Of a DNA stretch of 64,000 bases, positions 1-9,062 are shown in pieces (the first letter of the stretch is position 1; each line of letters starts with the position of its first letter). The DNA is from Candidatus Bathyarchaeia archaeon. Its GTDB lineage: Archaea > Thermoproteota > Bathyarchaeia > Bathyarchaeales > Bathycorpusculaceae. The stretch covers positions 135,544 to 199,543 of the forward strand of contig JBMFMB010000001.1 of NCBI GenBank assembly GCA_049970895.1, in the 5' to 3' direction. Under the pieces are notes generated by a model, which saw nothing but the letters and a program-made list of their open reading frames with translations, made no database searches and was not told the origin of the DNA. The position numbers and the translations under genes are program-made.

Positions 1-77
1 TGTTGTCCTGCCAGCAGATAGAAAAATGGAGCTCATAGAAAATGCTGAGAAGGTTATAGAAAAGACTTAAGCGCGTT

Positions 78-1454
78 TTAGAATCCCGCTTTGATTGGGT
101 TGCGGGGTTTCATAAGCTCCCTTAGGGATATTGTGGCATATGATCCACGATGTAGTGTAAAGCTTATCTTCACCATGCTTTTCTGTGGATTTAAAGGATC
201 TTTTGATATTTCCTCTATTCTAAAATCTTTTGATGTTGTTAGAACTATGCGCAAACCACCTTTTAGGCTTAGTTCCGGCATCCCCTTCACTTTAAAGTTT
301 TCAAGGGTTATTCCCTCTTCTTCTAAAACTTGTTTTTCAATTTCGCCTTGATAGCCCTCCGACAAGTGTTGCCTAAAACCGGCTAATGGTAGTGCCAAGC
401 CCATTTTCCCAGAAGATATAGCGCTGTCTATTTCAGAAAGTTTCTCCCGGCTCGCAATTTCGCGTAGCCTCTCGCTTGGCAAACCGGTAGCCTCGATTTT
501 AACAACGTAGTCTCCATCCTCTGCAGCGTTTAATGGAAGTCCCAACGCTATTCTTCTGCTTAAAAACTTGTTAAAGAGATAAGCCTGATAGGCTTGGGGG
601 AAAAGTATACGCAGTTTTATAGGCAGCTTTTTAAAAGCGCCTTTAAAGTCGTCTGGTTTCTTTGCCAAGTGTTTAAGCATCAAACGCTCGTAATACAAGT
701 GTTTTGGAAAGGTTTTCAAGGCTTTCTTGAAGTCTTGTGTTCGGTAAAGTTCTTCGCGGGCAGTTCTCGACTCTGAATGTTCAAAGGGATACGACTTGGC
801 GAGAAATAGCATCGCTGCTCTTCGAAAATCGCCTTTAACAATGGCTTTTCCAACTAGGTGAGTTATTGGACGGATTGTGCCGAAGCGTTGATGCCCAAAA
901 AAGTTTGGCACTCCACCCAACGCTTCAATTTCTTTAACAACCTTTTCTATTCTTTGCTGGATAACTGTTTTTGTGTGGCTTAATGCGCGTACCGTTATTT
1001 TGAAGGAGTTTCCAAACAGGTAATAGGGTGAAAGTTTGGTTTTAAAATAGCCCAACGGGACAATTTTTATGTCTCTTATGCTTATATTTTTAACATCTTC
1101 AGGCTTAACATCTCTAATTGTTACGTGTTGGGCGGTGACGGCTTTTGCATCCTTTATTCCAGCGATGTGAATTTTTTGAGGGCTTATCCCCAGCTGTTCT
1201 GCAATAGCCTCAAGAGCTTGGAAAGTGTCCCAGTTTCTCTTAACTAAAACACAAAGCAGGTAACGGCTGGTTAATGGCTGCTCATGGGTTGGCGGCGATA
1301 TATGAGGAACTGACACTTCCGCTTTTGAGCCGTTCACCAGCAATTCTTCGACAATAAAGTCTTCACACGAATGCCTTATCACGCCTCCAATGCCCGGAGA
1401 GCTTGTGGCGTAAACTTCAATTCCAATGCTTTTTTCAAGTTTCGAAACGCGCAA
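78..1454 (-). CDS. truD: tRNA pseudouridine(13) synthase TruD/Pus7
   Basis: EDFIVEE, AGIKDAKAVTAQ (catalytic Asp), NFFGHQRFG and GSYAT motifs. Confidence 0.95.
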   Translation of the reverse strand: MRVSKLEKSIGIEVYATSSPGIGGVIRHSCEDFIVEELLVNGSKAEVSVPHISPPTHEQPLTSRYLLCVLVKRNWDTFQALEAIAEQLGISPQKIHIAGIKDAKAVTAQHVTIRDVKPEDVKNISIRDIKIVPLGYFKTKLSPYYLFGNSFKITVRALSHTKTVIQQRIEKVVKEIEALGGVPNFFGHQRFGTIRPITHLVGKAIVKGDFRRAAMLFLAKSYPFEHSESRTAREELYRTQDFKKALKTFPKHLYYERLMLKHLAKKPDDFKGAFKKLPIKLRILFPQAYQAYLFNKFLSRRIALGLPLNAAEDGDYVVKIEATGLPSERLREIASREKLSEIDSAISSGKMGLALPLAGFRQHLSEGYQGEIEKQVLEEEGITLENFKVKGMPELSLKGGLRIVLTTSKDFRIEEISKDPLNPQKSMVKISFTLHRGSYATISLRELMKPRNPIKAGF

Positions 1455-1467
1455 TTTTAAACCTCAA

Positions 1468-1830
1468 TCATAAAAGCGGGAGATTCCCGGTAATTTTATT
1501 AACCTTTTCAGCGGGGGCTGGACCTATCCCCAAACATGTTATTGTGCCGAAAGGAATTTCTGTCAATCCCCTGTCGATGATTAAGGCGCAGGGTAAAGCC
1601 ATCTCTTTCGCCTGCTTCTCCAGTGCTAAAAGTTCTGCTTCACTTTTAACCTTAACAACAACTTTGCACTGCCCCTCGTTTAACCAAGCCTTCCACCACT
1701 TTTTTCTATGCTTACGGGCTTCCTCAGCTGCAGATACCGCTGCGTGTCCAGCTTGGGCTGCCGCCTTCCCCTTGCTAAGCTTTAAGTCTGAACGAAAAAC
1801 AATAACTTGTTTGTAGCGGAACTCGCTCAT
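1468..1830 (-). CDS. pth2: peptidyl-tRNA hydrolase type 2
   Basis: KQVIVFRSDLKLSKGKAAAQAGHA, DRGLTEI, GIGP; ATG at 1830 preferred over the upstream GTG at 1845. Confidence 0.95.
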   Translation of the reverse strand: MSEFRYKQVIVFRSDLKLSKGKAAAQAGHAAVSAAEEARKHRKKWWKAWLNEGQCKVVVKVKSEAELLALEKQAKEMALPCALIIDRGLTEIPFGTITCLGIGPAPAEKVNKITGNLPLL

Positions 1831-1868
1831 GGACTGTTCAGCCACTGCTACTTTGCCAAAATCCAGTT

Positions 1869-3101
1869 TTAAGTTTTCCCCAACATGTAATTAAGAAGGA
1901 GAAAGGCGAGCACCATTAAAGTCTTCGGGTTTTGCGCCAATTTAAGAAGAGTCCTTCCTTGGAAGTCTATCTCCTTTAAATCTTTCAAAGCCTCATTCAG
2001 CCGCAGTTTTTCACAGAGGCTTATAACGGCGTCCAAACTTTCGTCTGTAAGCCTATCCATAATTTCCCTAAGCTTAAGCATAACTTTCACATCAAAACCG
2101 AACATTTTCATGAAACGCTCCTGATACATGCTCAAAAATTCTGCAGAAAAGTCGCTTTTATCTAATGCCTCCGCAATTACGTCAGCGGCAATCCTCGCGC
2201 AGTTTAAACCAAATATTACTCCGCCGCCAGTTGTAGGCTTCACTTGTGAAGCAGCATCGCCAACCACGAGAAAGCCGTTTGCGTATGCCTTTGCTATTGG
2301 TCCACCCAAAGTTATCGGATGATAGGATTCTCTGACCACTTTTGCATTTTGCAGTTTCGCTGAAACCGCTGGATGTTTACGCATAAGCCTTTGCAGAAAA
2401 GCCCGCGGGTCTCCTGTCTCTGTTGCCAAACCAACTTTTGCCTCCTCCTCATTTTTGGGAATTAGCCAAGCATAAAATCCAGGAGCATAACAGCTGCCGA
2501 GGACAACCTCGACGACGTCCGTTTCAACATCCTTAACATTTTCAACCTCAACCTGAACCCCTTTAACAATTTTTCCACTTTTAGGCAGTGGCAATGCCGC
2601 TTGTCTCAGTATTCTTGCAGAGATCCCCTCAGCATCCAAAACTATCTTGCCAAAAAATTCAGAGGACTTGCCATCCCTTTTAATGACGACACCTTTGACA
2701 AATCCGCCTTCAAATATTAAAGATTCAACTCTTGTGCTCATGCTATAGTGTGCACCAGCTTTTTGGGCTAGCTCTGCAATGTGCTTGTCAAACAAAGCGC
2801 GGTTTACAGTGCACGTTATTGATTTAGCTAGGCGGATAGTAAGCACTTTGCCACTTGGAGAATAAATCTTCGCCCCAGTAAACGTATTCTCAACAATGCC
2901 TCTTGATAACGGATAAAGTCCAAGATTTTTTAAGCCGTTAATGCTTATGTGACCGGAGCAGTGGCATGGAACACCAATTTCGTTGTGCTCCTCGAAGACC
3001 GCTATACTAAAGCCTCTTCTTGAAAGGTTTAGGGCGCTGAAGGAGCCGCATGGACCTCCTCCGATGACTATTACGTCTGAAAAATTTTTCATCTGCTGCA
3101 C
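1869..3101 (-). CDS. geranylgeranyl reductase family FAD oxidoreductase
   Basis: GGGPCG FAD motif, PGFYAWLIP, VGDAASQVKPTTGGG. Confidence 0.88.
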   Translation of the reverse strand: MQQMKNFSDVIVIGGGPCGSFSALNLSRRGFSIAVFEEHNEIGVPCHCSGHISINGLKNLGLYPLSRGIVENTFTGAKIYSPSGKVLTIRLAKSITCTVNRALFDKHIAELAQKAGAHYSMSTRVESLIFEGGFVKGVVIKRDGKSSEFFGKIVLDAEGISARILRQAALPLPKSGKIVKGVQVEVENVKDVETDVVEVVLGSCYAPGFYAWLIPKNEEEAKVGLATETGDPRAFLQRLMRKHPAVSAKLQNAKVVRESYHPITLGGPIAKAYANGFLVVGDAASQVKPTTGGGVIFGLNCARIAADVIAEALDKSDFSAEFLSMYQERFMKMFGFDVKVMLKLREIMDRLTDESLDAVISLCEKLRLNEALKDLKEIDFQGRTLLKLAQNPKTLMVLAFLLLNYMLGKT

Positions 3102-3130
3102 GTTTAAAATTCTAAGGGAATCTGGAAAAT

Positions 3131-3358
3131 TTAGGCTATGAGCTCGACTCTCTTCTTTCCGCGGACAAGGGATGTTGTCCGTATTTTCCCGCCTATTTCA
3201 AGCTGCATAAGTGCCTTGTTGAAGTCTTTGTATCCGATGTCCTTGAATTCCTCGCTTAAGTATTCGAAAAGCTCTGTGTCTGTCATAGCACCCTTCTTTT
3301 TCAAGATTTCAAGCAGTGCATGGTAGATGGGTTGGGTTTTCCAAAGCTTTGTTGGCAC
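3131..3358 (-). CDS. small winged-helix-like protein
   Basis: 75 aa, wHTH-like pattern (FNKALMQLEIGGKI), directly downstream of cdc48. Confidence 0.65.
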   Translation of the reverse strand: MPTKLWKTQPIYHALLEILKKKGAMTDTELFEYLSEEFKDIGYKDFNKALMQLEIGGKIRTTSLVRGKKRVELIA

Positions 3359-3371
3359 GTCATCCTCTCTC

Positions 3372-5543
3372 CTAGGCTACTGGCGTTGCTGGCTTTTGCA
3401 CTTGGCGGACTTGCTGCATGAAACTCTTGTACCATTTCTCCATGTCCGGCGTTATGGAAGGCCCTATGCGTTTTAAGGCCTCTTCAAAGTCTTTCATCGT
3501 AACCTCCTTCGCGTTTATGTCGCTTCTCAAGGCTTGCATGGCTGCCTCTCTGCAAACCGCCTCAATGTCTGCGCCTGAATAGTTCTTCGTCATGGCAGCT
3601 AAAGTTTCAAGGTTGACATCTTTGGCAAGGGGCATGTTCCTAGTGTAGATCTTGAATATTTGGAGACGGCTCTTCTCGTCTGGTTCTGGCACATATATAA
3701 GCCTGTCAAATCTTCCTGGGCGAAGCACTGCTGGGTCAACTATGTCAGGCCTGTTTGTGGCTGCAATAACAACAATATCTTCTAAGGTTACTATGCCATC
3801 CATCTCTGTTAAGAGTTGGCTTATCACACGTTCTGTTACGCCGCTGTCTGCAAATCCTAAACCACGACGAGGCACAAGCGAGTCAATCTCATCAAAGAAT
3901 ATGACCGCTGGCGCCGCCATCCGCGCTTTTCTAAAGACTTCCCTTATGGCCTTTTCAGATTCGCCAACCCATTTGGAGAAGACTTCTGGACCTTTAATCG
4001 TTATGAAGTTGGCTTCGCTTTCCGTTGCCACAGCCCTAGCCAACAAAGTCTTACCACAACCCGGCGGCCCATAAAGCAGTATGCCCTTAGGAGGCTTTAT
4101 CCCCATGCGCTTGAAGATGTCAGGATGCTTTAGAGGCCATTCAACTGCTTCTCTGAGCTCCTGCTTAACCTCTTCCAGTCCGCCGATGTCGTCCCAATGA
4201 ACTGCTGGAACTTCAACGTAAACTTCCCGCATGGCTGTCGGCGTAACTTCCTTGTACGCGTTTAGGAAGTCCTCCATCTTAACCTCCATTTTCTCCAGAA
4301 CTTCTGGTGGTATGCGCTCCTCCTCAAGGTTTATCTGCGGCAAGTATCGCCTCAACGCCTTCATGGCAGTTTCTCTACAAAGCGCCGCCAAGTCTGCACC
4401 AGTATATCCATGGGTCATTTCAGCAAGCTTCTTAAGGTCTACATCCTCAGCCAGCGGCATTCCCCGAGTGTGAATCTGGAGAATTTCGTATCTTCCCTGC
4501 TTGTCTGGAACACCTATTTCAATTTCTCTATCAAACCTTCCAGGTCTGCGAAGAGCTGGGTCAAGGGCGTTGGGCCTATTGGTTGCACCTATAACTATGA
4601 CGTTTCCTCTTCCGGACAAGCCGTCCATTAGGGCTAAGAGCTGCGCCACAACACGCCTTTCAACTTCACCTGTTACCTCCTCCCGTTTTGGTGCAATGGC
4701 GTCCAACTCGTCGATGAATATTATGCTTGGAGCATTCTGCTGGGCTTGTTGGAAAATCTCCCTTAAGCGTGCCTCAGACTCGCCATAAAACTTGCTCATA
4801 ATTTCCGGCCCGTTTATGGAGAAGAAGTTGGCCTCAGACTCGTTTGCCACAGCCCTAGCCAACAAAGTCTTACCACAACCCGGCGGCCCGTGCAGCAACA
4901 CTCCTTTTGGGGGTTCTATGCCAAGCCTTTGGAAGAGCTCCGGATGCCTCAGCGGAAGCTCCACCATCTCGCGAACTCTTTGAATTTCCTCATGGAGACC
5001 ACCTATGTCTTCGTATGTTGTTCTCGGCACTCCTTTCCCTTCTGGGGCTGGCTCGCTGAGAATTGTCAGCTTGGTTTCTGGGGTAACTTTCACAATGCCG
5101 TGAGGCCTAGTTTTCGTCACAACAAAGGGTATGGCGTGGCCAAGCATCATGACAAGGGTTGTGTCCCCTTCAACCAAAGTTCTTTCCATCAGGCGGTTCT
5201 TGACAAAGTTTGTGAAATCTTCGTCCACGTTTAAGCGCATGTCCACCGGGGCTAGCGTGACATTCAAGGCTTCTTTAACCTTTGCAGGCCTCACAATGAC
5301 GTATTCGTTGATGGCCACTCCTGCGTTTTTGCGGGTAAAGCCGTCTATGCGTATTATGTCGCGGTTTTGGTCTTCGCTGTAGGCTGGCCATGCTATGGCT
5401 GATGTTGTCCTTTTGCCAACTATTTCTATCACGTCGCCTGCGCTTATGCCTAGCTTTTGCATTGTCCTCTGGTCTATTCTGGCTATTCCTCTACCAACGT
5501 CTCTTTGCCTTGCATCTCCGACACGAAGCTGAACTTCGCTCAC
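3372..5543 (-). CDS. cdc48: CDC48/VCP family AAA+ ATPase
   Basis: N-domain plus two AAA modules (GPPGCGKT twice, Walker B, RPGRFDR). Confidence 0.97.
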   Translation of the reverse strand: MSEVQLRVGDARQRDVGRGIARIDQRTMQKLGISAGDVIEIVGKRTTSAIAWPAYSEDQNRDIIRIDGFTRKNAGVAINEYVIVRPAKVKEALNVTLAPVDMRLNVDEDFTNFVKNRLMERTLVEGDTTLVMMLGHAIPFVVTKTRPHGIVKVTPETKLTILSEPAPEGKGVPRTTYEDIGGLHEEIQRVREMVELPLRHPELFQRLGIEPPKGVLLHGPPGCGKTLLARAVANESEANFFSINGPEIMSKFYGESEARLREIFQQAQQNAPSIIFIDELDAIAPKREEVTGEVERRVVAQLLALMDGLSGRGNVIVIGATNRPNALDPALRRPGRFDREIEIGVPDKQGRYEILQIHTRGMPLAEDVDLKKLAEMTHGYTGADLAALCRETAMKALRRYLPQINLEEERIPPEVLEKMEVKMEDFLNAYKEVTPTAMREVYVEVPAVHWDDIGGLEEVKQELREAVEWPLKHPDIFKRMGIKPPKGILLYGPPGCGKTLLARAVATESEANFITIKGPEVFSKWVGESEKAIREVFRKARMAAPAVIFFDEIDSLVPRRGLGFADSGVTERVISQLLTEMDGIVTLEDIVVIAATNRPDIVDPAVLRPGRFDRLIYVPEPDEKSRLQIFKIYTRNMPLAKDVNLETLAAMTKNYSGADIEAVCREAAMQALRSDINAKEVTMKDFEEALKRIGPSITPDMEKWYKSFMQQVRQVQKPATPVA

Positions 5544-5573
5544 CTAAAACCCTTCCACAATTATTGGTTGCTC

Positions 5574-5604
5574 TGTTTCGAAACATAGTAAATCTCTATA
5601 TAAA
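5574..5604 (-). promoter_or_regulatory. cdc48 promoter: TATA box (TTTATATA) and 12-bp palindrome TGTTTCGAAACA near the predicted start site
   Basis: TATA at 5597-5604 on minus strand; perfect palindrome at 5574-5585. Confidence 0.5.
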
Positions 5605-5613
5605 GGTTTAACC

Positions 5614-5889
5614 TTATCTGCTTACCCTTCTAACCATTATTGTTTGCACTTGGCTTATTTCGCTTATCTGCTCAAAACGTTTTTCCAACTCTTCAAGCAC
5701 TCCACTCTTATCCTCAGGAATTTTGATGGCGCAAATTAAGGCGTTTAAGCCAAAAGCTATAGGCTCTTCACCATAACCATATATGGTTGCAAATTCCGGC
5801 AGAGAAGCCTCAATCTTCTTCTTCAAATCCTCAAAATTCACAGTTATGTCTGTCGGAAAAATTTTGTAAGAAATTATAACATTTCCCAC
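5614..5889 (-). CDS. ef1b: translation elongation factor 1-beta
   Basis: EEPIAFGLNAL motif, 91 aa, GGAGGTG RBS upstream. Confidence 0.93.
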   Translation of the reverse strand: MGNVIISYKIFPTDITVNFEDLKKKIEASLPEFATIYGYGEEPIAFGLNALICAIKIPEDKSGVLEELEKRFEQISEISQVQTIMVRRVSR

Positions 5890-6282
5890 ATTTTACACCT
5901 CCTATGGTCCAACAAAACCGCGCTTAAAGTGACGGAGAGCGAAATCCCGCAAACCCCCATTTTCTATTCTTTTATGTTTAGCGTGATTTACATAGCTATT
6001 AATAAGGCTATTGGTAGTGGTAACGCGGGCGACACTGTTAAGTTATTGATGCTGAGGCAATCTTTTAAAGTTTGATGCGGCCTTACGAAGTTATACCACA
6101 AGATAAATGTGACGCCAGCTTGTTGCTAAATTCGGACAAAAATTTATTAAAAGAAATAAAACTTGTGAAAGCCGAGTTTTAATGATGGAACACCATTCTA
6201 TGGAGGCAACATGATTAGAATGGTTATGCCTATGCCCAGAAGACTGTTTAAAGTATTCCCATTTTTCTATAAAATTGCGAAC

Positions 6283-6516
6283 TCATTTTTGTATTTGTGC
6301 TGTTAAGTAGGTTATGAATAGCTTTTCTAATTCGAGTATTTCGGTTGTGAGGACGTAGATGGCCTTTGATGTGTAATCTCTAACCTTAACGGCATAGCTG
6401 ATCTCTTCCTTTAGGAGCTTTTCCCTTTCAAGGATAAGCCTTCTAGCCTCCTCCAAACTCTTAATGAACTCTTCCATCCGTTCAACTCTAAAACTCAAAA
6501 CATCACCTCCCACATA
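6283..6516 (-). CDS. small coiled-coil hypothetical protein (element cargo)
   Basis: open frame with helical composition; start uncertain (GGAGGTGA precedes a TTG near 6498). Confidence 0.4.
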   Translation of the reverse strand, partial: YVGGDVLSFRVERMEEFIKSLEEARRLILEREKLLKEEISYAVKVRDYTSKAIYVLTTEILELEKLFITYLTAQIQK

Positions 6517-6778
6517 ACAGTTTAACAAGGCATCTAGAACTAAAAGCGTTTTTAAATATGATTACCCAGCAAACTTTTTAGATAAGCCTTGCCCGGCGCC
6601 ATATCCATTAGGAAAAAGCTAAACTTTTGATAAGCCTGAATGTAAAGGATGCATTTACAGGGTAGCCGATATTGCTGGAACGAGTGCCCTTACAATTTGT
6701 GGCGAGACTTTAATGGCAAGCTTTTAAAGGCTGGAGGTTAAATTGGAATTGAAGATTGTTACGGGTGGTTTTTAACCG

Positions 6779-7386
6779 GTGAGGGTGCGATTAACTCTCA
6801 GAAATATCTAGCAGGGACGAGTTGTTTTGCCTACAGATTATAATTAGCTAATTCAAGCTGCCATTTATAGTAGTGTTTCGCGAGAGCTGGCCGATTTTCT
6901 GCATGATAGAGGCTATCTCTTTGGCAAGAGGCAGTTTAAAATGTTTACGTTTTCAGGGCTTGGAGGGTATTGCATGTTGAATAGGGATAAAAAGCAGTTC
7001 GTTTTTGAAGGCGACATAACCTTATATATTTCTTCCCCTATCGAGAAATTTTGTTCAGGATCTTGCAACTACTATTGTTAAGAAAGGGTTTATCGTTTGG
7101 GCCAAAACATGCTTAAAGTGACTGACCTGGCTTTCCCCGCGAAGCCAGCTTTGAAAGACCGTGAGCTGAGGGTTCGCATGCTGTCTCCTTTGACGATATA
7201 CAGCACGCTCATGACCCTTGACGGCAAGAAAAAGACGTACTATTTTCACCTTACGAAAAAGAGTTTCCAGTCCTGGTAAATTCAAATGTAAAGAAGAAGC
7301 ACTTTTTAATTTCGGGAAAAAACATTAAATCTGACCTTAAGGTTAAACCTTTAAAGTTTAGAGAAGTGATCACAATATATAAGGGC
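6779..7386 (+). pseudogene. cas6: CRISPR-associated endoribonuclease Cas6 pseudogene
   Basis: translates as MRVRLTL..LPTDYN*LIQAAIY..ELADFLHDRGYLFGKRQFKMFTFS..ISSPIEKF / LSPLTIYSTL..DGKKKTYY / ..IYKG; two in-frame TAG, frameshifts, C-terminal G-rich loop missing. Confidence 0.85.
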
Positions 7387-7527
7387 TTGAAACCGTTTTT
7401 TACCCAAATTTTCACCCCCCTTGATCAAGAGGCTGATTTCAGCCCTGCTGGACCTACACCCTCCCCCTACATTTTCTGTGAAATGAATATGCCCGTGACC
7501 GTGCCGAGTTGCGAGGATACCTATAAG

Positions 7528-7647
7528 GGTGACGAGCACCACTCAGCCGTCGCAAAAACAGTTGATGAGGCAAGAGGCCTCATAAAGGCAGGCTTCGAAT
7601 ACGTATGCGACATAGAGGGCGTCAAACTGTTCAGAAAACGTAAGTAG
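7528..7647 (+). pseudogene. C-terminal remnant of a tyrosine integrase
   Basis: HSAVAKTVDEARGLIKAGFEYVCDIEGVKLFRKRK* resembles the tail of Bathyarchaeia site-specific integrases (recalled pattern); no catalytic R-HxxR-Y region upstream; ends just before the att repeat. Confidence 0.7.
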
Positions 7648-7662
7648 GTCCTACAAATGTCC

Positions 7663-7851
7663 CTAGGGACCCGTAAAACCGCATTTTGGGCATTTATATT
7701 GGCGTCCAAACTTGCGGCACTTTTTGCAGCGCCTAATTAAGATTTCTCCACAGTTTGGGCAGAAAAACTTTGTAGCTTCCGCTCCGGGCGGAATAGGCTT
7801 GCCGCAGCTTGTGCATGTAACTAGTGTTATTGTTGCTGTTTTTTCAGCCAT
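7663..7851 (-). CDS. DUF1610 (HVO_2753-like) small zinc-finger protein
   Basis: four CxxC pairs, FFCPNCG, ends CPKCGFTGP; family normally adjacent to EF-1beta. Confidence 0.9.
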   Translation of the reverse strand: MAEKTATITLVTCTSCGKPIPPGAEATKFFCPNCGEILIRRCKKCRKFGRQYKCPKCGFTGP

Positions 7852-7971
7852 TACTATTCCTCAACCGTAATGGTTGTAATTGTCAAGCTTCCTTATAAAA
7901 TGTGCTGTACCGTCAGTATTAGCAAATTTATTATCCAAGTTTAACCTATGCATTATTTAGCGGGAACCGTT

Positions 7972-9006
7972 TTGGGAGTAAACCTTCGGGACATTGTTCC
8001 AAAAATGGTCGTAAAGCTTGAGGATTTAAGTGGAAAATCTATAGCCATAGACGCCTACAACGCGCTTTACCAGTTTCTGGCTATAATCCGCCAGCCCGAC
8101 GGCACACCGTTAAAGGATAGCAGCGGGCGCATTACAAGCCATTTAAGCGGACTCCTCTACAGAACAAGCAACCTTGTAGAGTTGGGAATAAAACCTATAT
8201 ACGTCTTTGACGGAGTGCCGCCAGCCCTTAAAGAGGCTGAGATTAAAAGGCGCATGAAAGCCAAGGAAGAAGCCCTAATAAAGTATGAGCAGGCTTTAAG
8301 GGAGGGAAAAATTGAAGAAGCCAGAATGTATGCGCAAGCTACTGCAAGCCTTAAGGATTATATGGCTGAGGACAGCAAGCGCCTCCTAGACTTGATGGGC
8401 ATCCCATGGGTTCAGGCTCCAAGTGAAGGTGAAGCCCAAGCCGCCCACATTGTTAAGCGGGGAGACGCCGACTACTGCGCAAGCCAAGACTATGACTGCC
8501 TACTTTTCGGTGCTCCCCGTCTTGTTAGAAACGTGACCATTTCTGGGAGACGAAAGTTGCCTGGAAAAAACGTTTACATCGAGGTCGAGCCAGAAGTCAT
8601 TGAGCTTGAGCAGGTTTTGAAAGAGTGCGGAATAACTCATGAACAGTTAATTGATGTGGGAATATTGGTGGGAACGGACTTTAATCCAGAAGGCATAAAA
8701 GGGCTTGGACCAAAAACAGCCTTAAAACTCATAAAAGAGTATGGAAGCCTAGAAAATGCCCTACCCCACATTAAGAATGCTGAGTTCCCTGTGGAGCCGC
8801 AAAAAATCAAGGAGATTTTCCTACATCCAAAAGTGACGGATAATTACAAGATAGAGTGGCGGGAGCCCGACGTGGAGGGAGTTTTAGACTTTATATGCCG
8901 TGAAAGGGACTTTTCAGAAGATCGCGTTAGAAAAGCTTTGGAAAAAATGCAGAAGGGAATATCTAAGCTGAAGGGAAAAACAACGCTTGAAAGATGGTTC
9001 GGATAA
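7972..9006 (+). CDS. fen: flap endonuclease 1
   Basis: IAIDAYNALYQFL, EGEAQAA, SQDYD, GTDFN, C-terminal PIP-like TLERWF; TTG start at 7972 inferred. Confidence 0.96.
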   Translation: MGVNLRDIVPKMVVKLEDLSGKSIAIDAYNALYQFLAIIRQPDGTPLKDSSGRITSHLSGLLYRTSNLVELGIKPIYVFDGVPPALKEAEIKRRMKAKEEALIKYEQALREGKIEEARMYAQATASLKDYMAEDSKRLLDLMGIPWVQAPSEGEAQAAHIVKRGDADYCASQDYDCLLFGAPRLVRNVTISGRRKLPGKNVYIEVEPEVIELEQVLKECGITHEQLIDVGILVGTDFNPEGIKGLGPKTALKLIKEYGSLENALPHIKNAEFPVEPQKIKEIFLHPKVTDNYKIEWREPDVEGVLDFICRERDFSEDRVRKALEKMQKGISKLKGKTTLERWFG

Positions 9007-9062
9007 GCTAGACATATAGGAAATTTTTAATTCCATCCTACCTTAATAGAACAGTTTCTCAT

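Larger units (their letters stand above)
5914..7682. mobile_element. decayed integrative element inserted in the 3' end of the DUF1610 gene
   Basis: 8-bp direct repeat AAAACCGC at 5914-5921 and 7675-7682; duplicated gene end (GFVGP* vs GFTGP*); integrase C-terminal remnant next to the right end; pseudogene-rich content. Confidence 0.75.

Noticed and set aside
6571-6637. CRISPR array near cas6
   Set aside because: Only two imperfect 17-19 nt copies; no regular repeat-spacer series.
6809-6847. Two in-frame TAG codons in cas6 as pyrrolysine or readthrough sites
   Set aside because: The same gene also has frameshifts and a truncation, and no pyl genes are in the window; decay is simpler.
7366-7647. 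93-aa ORF as a real gene
   Set aside because: Chimeric: begins in the cas6 remnant, crosses unrelated sequence and ends in the integrase tail.
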